This document shows positions 58,933 to 64,000 of a stretch of 64,000 bases of DNA, piece by piece. Position numbers and translations under genes: made by a program. Each line of letters begins with the position of its first letter. Position 1 is the stretch's first letter. The stretch covers positions 4,928,800 through 4,992,799 of the forward strand of contig OZ242036.1 in assembly GCA_965205075.1 (NCBI GenBank), given 5' to 3'. This DNA comes from Candidatus Poribacteria bacterium (GTDB taxonomy: Bacteria > Poribacteria > WGA-4E > PCPOR2b). The notes under the pieces are model-generated. The model saw only the letters and a program-made list of their open reading frames with translations. It had not been told where the DNA came from and did not search any database.

Positions 58933-59327
58933 TCGTTTCGATGGCAACACAAAGGTGTTGGGCATTGTTGATTTGTGCATCACCATCAGATGCTAAAGGG
59001 TGCAAAAGTTCATAGCTGGGGTGGGAGCTAGGGAGAATCCGGCGGGGCAATCAGATATGACAGCTGGCGATTTAGCCGGAGCCGAAACAGTGACCGCGTT
59101 AGCCTTCAGCTAGCCACCCTGATGCTAGCGATCTTGGGATGGAATGGTATAGGCGATCCCTTATAACGTCGGCAGTTCCTCTAAGTTGACAGTGAGGGGG
59201 AATAGGTATTACCTTGAAAGCATTTCGTCCATACCCAAAGAAGTATAAAATTGGCATGACTCGTGTGCAGCGGGTTTTCTCCGAATCGTATTCTTAGTCA
59301 TGTTTCTCGCAAGCTACGGAGGATTGG

Positions 59328-59612
59328 ATGAGCGACGAAAAAAATGACAACCCCTTGGGTTGCAGGCAAACGTGGGGGTTGATTAGTGCGGAGATGCTGA
59401 AAGCTCTCTTGGACAATCGTTTCCTGAGTGTGCCATCAGCGGTCTTTTTGTATCTCAGATTGAACGACGATGAGCATCTGAATTATAGAGAGGTTGCGGG
59501 TTGCCTCGGATTTCATGAAGCGAGTGTGTATCGAGCTGTCAAAGAACTTGCGGATGCGGGTCTCATCAAACGGAACAGACGCGGGGACTTGAGTGCTCAC
59601 ATCGTTGAATAA
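59328..59612 (+). CDS. small winged-helix DNA-binding protein
   Basis: 94 aa; C-terminal wHTH-like segment (NYREVAGCLGFHEASVYRAVKELADAGLIKRN). Confidence 0.4.
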   Translation: MSDEKNDNPLGCRQTWGLISAEMLKALLDNRFLSVPSAVFLYLRLNDDEHLNYREVAGCLGFHEASVYRAVKELADAGLIKRNRRGDLSAHIVE

Positions 59613-59654
59613 CACTTTGAATAGTGGACCTTAGAATTAATGAGACACGCCAAA

Positions 59655-59830
59655 CCGGTGCGGTTGGAAACCGCACCTACTGTTCTCCCATTTGGTAGGC
59701 GCTGTTTCTAACTGCGCCCGTTCAACCCACGCGCCTATGTGGTCCGGTTGGAAACCGCACCTACTGTTCTCCCATTTGGTAGGCGCTGTTTCTAACTGCG
59801 CCCGTTCAACCCACGCGCCTAATGCCGTAA
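59655..59830. repeat. two tandem copies of an 84-bp hairpin-rich unit
   Basis: GGTTGGAAACCGCACCTACTGTTCTCCCATTTGGTAGGCGCTGTTTCTAACTGCGCCCGTTCAACCCACGCGCCT occurs at 59662 and 59746, preceded by the 35-nt motif at 59623-59657. It generates the artefactual minus-strand ORF 59637..59849. Confidence 0.8.
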
Positions 59831-60010
59831 CCTGTGTAACTTTTCCCATTTTCGTGTTACCTTTGTTACCTTTTTTGCTAAAAAAGCCCAGAGCAGCCTA
59901 TTTTTCCTGTTTTTATCCAAGTTGCTAGATAGCCGTTGTCAAGCGAGTCGCAATTCGGAGGGGGCACCCCTACTTGGTTTATCAACTAGCAACTTGCGTT
60001 AAGATAGGTT

Positions 60011-60721
60011 TCACTCACCGAATCCTAGACTGCGGAGATGTGCCACCGCTTGCGTCATATCCCCGGGTGCCTGCATAATCCACGGTCCCTGAAAACCCAC
60101 GCCTTCAAGCACCCCCTTGACACCAGCAAAATCCACCGACCCCGCGCCGAGTGTAGGGAAATCCCATTCGTCAAAATTGCCGCTATGGTCCTTCAAATGG
60201 GTGCTCACGACATACTGTGCAATCTTTTTTAACTCCGTGACCGCATCCGCCCCATCCGTATAGAAACTGATGTTCCCCGTATCATAATTGATTCTGATGT
60301 TCGGATGGTTGGTCGCCTCCATCGTCTTCAATGCAACCTCGGCGTTATGAACGAGCGACGGGTGTGTTTCAAGCGCGACGGTGATGCCGCGTTGTGCGGC
60401 TTCATCGCCCATTGTCTTCAACCAGTCGCAGACCTTCGGTCTCATCTCCTCATCGGCTTTGATACTACTGAGTGCGAGATCTACCCCCATTGTGACCGCC
60501 GCATCAAAGGCGTTTATCCACGCTTCGCTCGCCGCCTCAGTGGCAACGGTATCCTCTTCAAGATACAACGCGGTCAACCCAATGGCTTGCAGCCCCTGCG
60601 CTTTGAGTTCTGCCTGAAGTTCCTCAACTTTGTCAGGTTCCGGGGCACCCACCTGAACATATCGGATGCCATGGTCTAAAAGCTCTGCACCGCCCCCTAT
60701 ATTCGCCAATACGTTTGCCAT
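60011..60721 (-). CDS. sugar phosphate isomerase/epimerase (xylose-isomerase-like TIM barrel)
   Basis: 236 aa; the layout of conserved acidic and His residues (ITVALETHP, HLKDH) is typical of the AP-endonuclease-2/xylose isomerase-like family. Confidence 0.75.
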   Translation of the reverse strand: MANVLANIGGGAELLDHGIRYVQVGAPEPDKVEELQAELKAQGLQAIGLTALYLEEDTVATEAASEAWINAFDAAVTMGVDLALSSIKADEEMRPKVCDWLKTMGDEAAQRGITVALETHPSLVHNAEVALKTMEATNHPNIRINYDTGNISFYTDGADAVTELKKIAQYVVSTHLKDHSGNFDEWDFPTLGAGSVDFAGVKGVLEGVGFQGPWIMQAPGDMTQAVAHLRSLGFGE

Positions 60722-60847
60722 ACCGACTCCTTTCTACGCTGATGAGCAGCGTTCCGCCATTTCCAATCCATACATTTTGTGCGTGATCATCTACTATTAG
60801 GACCTACGCTGTTGAACGGTCAAAATCTCCGTTCCGAGAGTCTATGA

Positions 60848-60935
60848 CCTGTAGTTCGGCGATTCATCGCCGTCGGATACCGTTTCCAACGCCCGATGAA
60901 TCGGGCAACTACAATATGAGATGCGTAGTCCTGTA
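60848..60935. repeat. REP-like hairpin cluster, second copy
   Basis: GTAGTTCGGCGATTCATCGCCGTCGG...CGCCCGATGAATCGGGCAACTACAAT. Confidence 0.6.
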
Positions 60936-61080
60936 CTATGTTACACGTTTGCGGGATAGATCGCAAGCCGTTTGTTGATTTGATCTGATTTTTTTACCCT
61001 TTTTTGTTCAACCGTGCTATAATGTTTGCCTGATCAACGGAGTTTGCCCTTTGTAAAATGAGTGAGGAACCCTTTGCGAC

Positions 61081-61953
61081 ATGCTTAACGATTCACAGAT
61101 TGCGACATTCAAAGAAGAAGGCTACCTGATCATCGAGGACCTTTTCACCGACGATGACCTACGCCCGGTGAAGGACGAGTTCAATGCTGTTGTCGAAGCG
61201 CAGGCGCAGCAACTCTATCAAGCCGGGCGGGTGAGCAGTTTGTACGAAAACGAGTCTTTTGAGCGGCGGTTGGCAAAGATTGCCGCCGAAGCACCTGAAG
61301 CAACTTCAGCACTACAAACCCGCGCCCATAAAGATGAGGAATTCTTTCAGTTCCTGAAACATCCCAAAATTCTTGATCGGGTTGAGTCGCTGGTGGGTCC
61401 CGATATCCTGTGCCATCCTTCCTACAATATCCATCCACGCCTACCGGGAGGGTATACCACTCCGCATCAGGATGCAGGATTTTATCTGCCCGATGGCGAT
61501 GAGACGCTGATTCTGGCGTGCTTGATACCGCTCGTCGATACCACGCTTGAGAACGGGTGCCTATGGGTCGCCCCACGTCGGCATAAAGAGGGGGTTTTAC
61601 GTCACCGCTGGGAAAAGGATGGGCTAAATATCCCTCTTGAAGAGGTCTCAGAGGCAGAGCGGCAGCCACTCCCCACAAAGATAGGCAGCATGGTGATGTT
61701 CAGCAGTATGACTCCACACGGGTCGCGGGTTAATAACACAGATACCCTCCGTTGGAGTATGGACTTGCGCTACCAAGCATTGGGGAAACCCACAGGACGT
61801 TGGTATGTCCCCGGTTTTGTCGCACGGAGTCGTTCAAACCCTGAATTGGAAACGCCCAACTGCAAGGCATGGATTGCTGAAGTTGAACGCGTCGAAGAGA
61901 AGGCAAACAAATACCCCGAATGGCCACGTTACCGTTGGCCCCAGACATCATAG
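61081..61953 (+). CDS. phytanoyl-CoA dioxygenase (PhyH) family Fe(II)/2OG oxygenase
   Basis: N-terminal QIATFKEEGYLIIEDLF, HQD iron motif (TPHQDAGFY), distal His and Arg. Confidence 0.7.
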   Translation: MLNDSQIATFKEEGYLIIEDLFTDDDLRPVKDEFNAVVEAQAQQLYQAGRVSSLYENESFERRLAKIAAEAPEATSALQTRAHKDEEFFQFLKHPKILDRVESLVGPDILCHPSYNIHPRLPGGYTTPHQDAGFYLPDGDETLILACLIPLVDTTLENGCLWVAPRRHKEGVLRHRWEKDGLNIPLEEVSEAERQPLPTKIGSMVMFSSMTPHGSRVNNTDTLRWSMDLRYQALGKPTGRWYVPGFVARSRSNPELETPNCKAWIAEVERVEEKANKYPEWPRYRWPQTS

Positions 61954-62042
61954 ATACCCCAAGCTCATTGGGTTATGTAAAAAGAAAGCGCGAAGAGAAA
62001 CCGAGTTTTTTCTTCAAAACTCGGTTTCTAAGGAATTTCTCT

Positions 62043-62855
62043 ATGGTCCGAATCCCAATTACTATGTGTCATGGCATTAGGCATGATGGCGACTATCCAT
62101 TGACCGCGGGCCATCTCGAAAGACTGGTGAAAATTGCCGCTGAACTGAATTTTGAATCCATTGATTACAATCAGCTTTTTCAATGGTTTCGAGAAGGAGA
62201 GAAGTTACCGCCTCGACCAATCATGTTCGACTTTGATCACCCCGTGAAGTCGATGCGCTATGAGATCCACGATGTCCTGAGCAAATACGGCTATGCCGGA
62301 AATCTGTTTATCAATACCGGACCGGTGGACGAACTTTACGCCAAGCCTATGCCGTCGTCCTCCCTTCGCGAGATTATGACTTGGGACGAGATAGGGCAGC
62401 TCATGGAAAGCGACTGGCATATCGGGGCACATACGGTGACACATCCGAACCTGTCTGAACTCTCCCTAGCGGATGCGTCCGGCGAAAAGTTACGTGCGGA
62501 GTTGGAGCAGTGTGACGAAACATTGAAAAAGCATCTCGGAATTACGCCACAAGATTTCGCTTTTACAGGCACAAGTTGGAGCAGCATCGCAGAGCGCGAA
62601 GTCTCAAAAAGATACCGGTTTGGCAGACTCTGGATTGTGGGGACAGAATATCAGGTTGACGGCGAGACAATGAGATACGCCGATCTCGTTGGCGTTGATG
62701 GTCCCGACGAAGCAGATGGGGGACCGCCAATGGCAGCGCGTTATATTACAAAGGCATCGCCCTCTTATCGTCTGCCGTCAATGGAAATTCAGAGACCGCT
62801 GATTTATGCCCCCGATGCGTTTCGCCGCTATCTTGAGGGCGCACTAAGGACTTAA
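62043..62855 (+). CDS. polysaccharide deacetylase (NodB-homology) family protein
   Basis: FDFDHP Asp-Asp motif region and HTVTHPNL His motif. ATG 62043 is chosen over the upstream extension of the track ORF. Confidence 0.65.
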   Translation: MVRIPITMCHGIRHDGDYPLTAGHLERLVKIAAELNFESIDYNQLFQWFREGEKLPPRPIMFDFDHPVKSMRYEIHDVLSKYGYAGNLFINTGPVDELYAKPMPSSSLREIMTWDEIGQLMESDWHIGAHTVTHPNLSELSLADASGEKLRAELEQCDETLKKHLGITPQDFAFTGTSWSSIAEREVSKRYRFGRLWIVGTEYQVDGETMRYADLVGVDGPDEADGGPPMAARYITKASPSYRLPSMEIQRPLIYAPDAFRRYLEGALRT

Positions 62856-62883
62856 CGGAATTCTTGTCCAAATTAACTATACA

Positions 62884-62947
62884 CTGTAGCGCAAACTGTT
62901 AGTTTGCGTACTCGGATCACAATCTAACAGATCGTGTTACAAAAGAC
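62884..62947. promoter_or_regulatory. second copy of the dyad-symmetric upstream element
   Basis: The reverse complement matches 44803-44866 at about 58 of 63 positions. Confidence 0.5.
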
Positions 62948-63000
62948 TATCTTTTAATGTCTGTTTGTTTTTAGAATTCACCATAGAAGGAAGTGAATAG

Positions 63001-63768
63001 ATGGCATCAATCGATTTTTCATTGACCGACAAGGTCGTTCTTGTGACCGGTGCGGGGAAAGGCATCGGTAAAGAGATTGCGCTGGCTTGTGCGAGTGCTG
63101 GAGCGAACATCGTTGCAGGGAGCCGCACCCTCAGTGAGGTTGAACAGGTAGCAGAGGACGTTCGCAAATCGGGTCAACGCGCAGAAGCGTGGCAACTAGA
63201 CGTTGCAGAGGTCGCAAGCATTGAGGAATTTGTAGGGAAAACGCTCGATGCCTTTGGTAGAATTGATGTGCTAGTTAATAACGCCGGGGTCAACAAAGTC
63301 CAGCCCGCGCTTGATGTCACCGAAGAAGATTTCGACTACATCGTGGATGTAAACTTTAAGGGCACGTTCTTCATGAGCCAGATGGTGGCGAGATCGATGA
63401 TTGAGGACGGTATTCAGGGACGCATCATCAACATCAGTTCGCAGGTTGGCGTTGTAGGCGGACCGCTTCGAGCACCCTACAGCGGTGCGAAAGGTGCCGT
63501 CTGTCTACTCACCAAATCGTTAGCCGCAGAGTGGGCACCGCACGGCATTACGGTCAACTCGGTTGCACCAACCGTCACCCGCACACCCCTTTCAGAAGGG
63601 GCACTGAAAAATCCTGAATTTCAGAAGATGGTAACCGAAAATGTTCTGATGGGGCGGATTGCGGAACCGGAAGAAGTCGCAGCGGCGGTGATCTACCTCG
63701 CAAGCGACATCGCGGGTATGGTCACCGGGCACACGCATCTTGTCGATGGCGGTTGGACTGCGGTTTGA
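63001..63768 (+). CDS. SDR-family oxidoreductase
   Basis: TGAGKGIG, NNAG and Y-x3-K (YSGAKGA). Confidence 0.85.
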   Translation: MASIDFSLTDKVVLVTGAGKGIGKEIALACASAGANIVAGSRTLSEVEQVAEDVRKSGQRAEAWQLDVAEVASIEEFVGKTLDAFGRIDVLVNNAGVNKVQPALDVTEEDFDYIVDVNFKGTFFMSQMVARSMIEDGIQGRIINISSQVGVVGGPLRAPYSGAKGAVCLLTKSLAAEWAPHGITVNSVAPTVTRTPLSEGALKNPEFQKMVTENVLMGRIAEPEEVAAAVIYLASDIAGMVTGHTHLVDGGWTAV

Positions 63769-63835
63769 CAGCATGAATCATAGTGGATCTTAGAATTAAT
63801 GAGATACGCCAAACCGAACCGCATTGCCCCCAGAC

Positions 63836-64000
63836 CCGGTAGGTGCGGTTTTCAACCGCACCGCATCGGCGCAGTTGGAAACAGTGCCTACCAGTGAGGG
63901 GAAAATCCGCGCTATGACACCGGTAGGTGCGGTTTCTAACCGCACCGCATCGGCGCGTCCCGAAAATCGGGATCCCGCCCTGTCGGGAGAAACAGCACCT
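63836..64000. repeat. CRISPR-like interspaced repeats (two copies of a 37-bp hairpin-containing repeat, 84-bp period), truncated by the window end
   Basis: CCGGTAGGTGCGGTTT(TC/CT)AACCGCACCGCATCGGCGC at 63836 and 63920 with a 47-bp intervening sequence, preceded by the 35-nt conserved motif at 63782-63816. Confidence 0.5.

Noticed and set aside
59637-59849. 70-aa minus-strand ORF with internally repeated peptide (GAWVERAQLETAPTKWENSRCGFQP x2)
   Set aside because: The peptide repetition simply mirrors the 84-bp tandem DNA repeat. There is no RBS and the ORF lies wholly inside the repeat array, so it is a translation artefact.
63836-64000. Confident CRISPR array call
   Set aside because: There are only two repeat copies, differing at two positions. 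The spacer resembles the other repeat family. No cas genes are in the window and the array is cut by the window end. It is therefore kept as CRISPR-like only.

Overview
Bacterial chromosomal segment of about 50% GC, almost entirely coding on the + strand. No rRNA or tRNA gene was recognised.

Core region (1-22951). A respiratory complex I membrane-arm cluster runs straight into an F-type ATP synthase operon: nuoG (3' fragment), nuoH, nuoJ, nuoK, nuoL, nuoM, nuoN, then atpZ, atpI, atpB, atpE, atpF, atpH, atpA, atpG, atpD, atpC. Foreign-looking cassettes interrupt both operons:
- a nucleotidyltransferase pair between nuoG and nuoH;
- a DUF5678-like gene plus a retropepsin-like protease between nuoL and nuoM;
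- an ArsB/NhaD-superfamily permease between nuoM and nuoN;
- four genes (cupin, DUF1992, a Met-rich tandem-domain lipoprotein, a TPP-dependent enzyme) between atpG and atpD.
nuoI is absent between nuoH and nuoJ.

Mixed housekeeping and accessory region (23-49 kb):
- enzymes and envelope genes: alpha/beta hydrolase, CBM9-like secreted protein, large amidase_3 lipoprotein, HpaB-family, Gfo/Idh/MocA, two SDRs, LOG, Zn-ADH, UbiA, FAD oxidase, two PhyH paralogs, hydantoinase A;
- regulatory and information-processing genes: sigma54 response regulator, ComF, valS;
- mobile or addiction-type genes: internally deleted TnpB-only IS605-type element, Rpn-family nuclease, orphan HicB-like gene.

Defence island (49.7-57.2 kb), separated from hydantoinase A by an 850-bp ORF-free, repeat-rich stretch:
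- a translationally coupled three-gene operon: a PF10137 TIR-like-domain protein, a HEAT-repeat-fused beta-class DNA methyltransferase, and a PD-(D/E)xK protein that is probably the restriction nuclease;
- an Abi-alpha gene, an IS3 transposase remnant and a DUF2971 gene.
The three-gene operon is the best candidate for an undescribed system.

Downstream (57-64 kb): MFS transporter, small wHTH protein, sugar-phosphate isomerase, a third PhyH paralog, polysaccharide deacetylase and an SDR. Two loci carry a conserved 35-nt motif followed by hairpin-rich repeats with an 84-bp period; the second is CRISPR-like but truncated by the window end.

Several short dispersed repeat families and ACGT-heptad hairpins recur in intergenic regions. 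All functional calls rest on reading motifs in the six-frame translations; no database search was possible.
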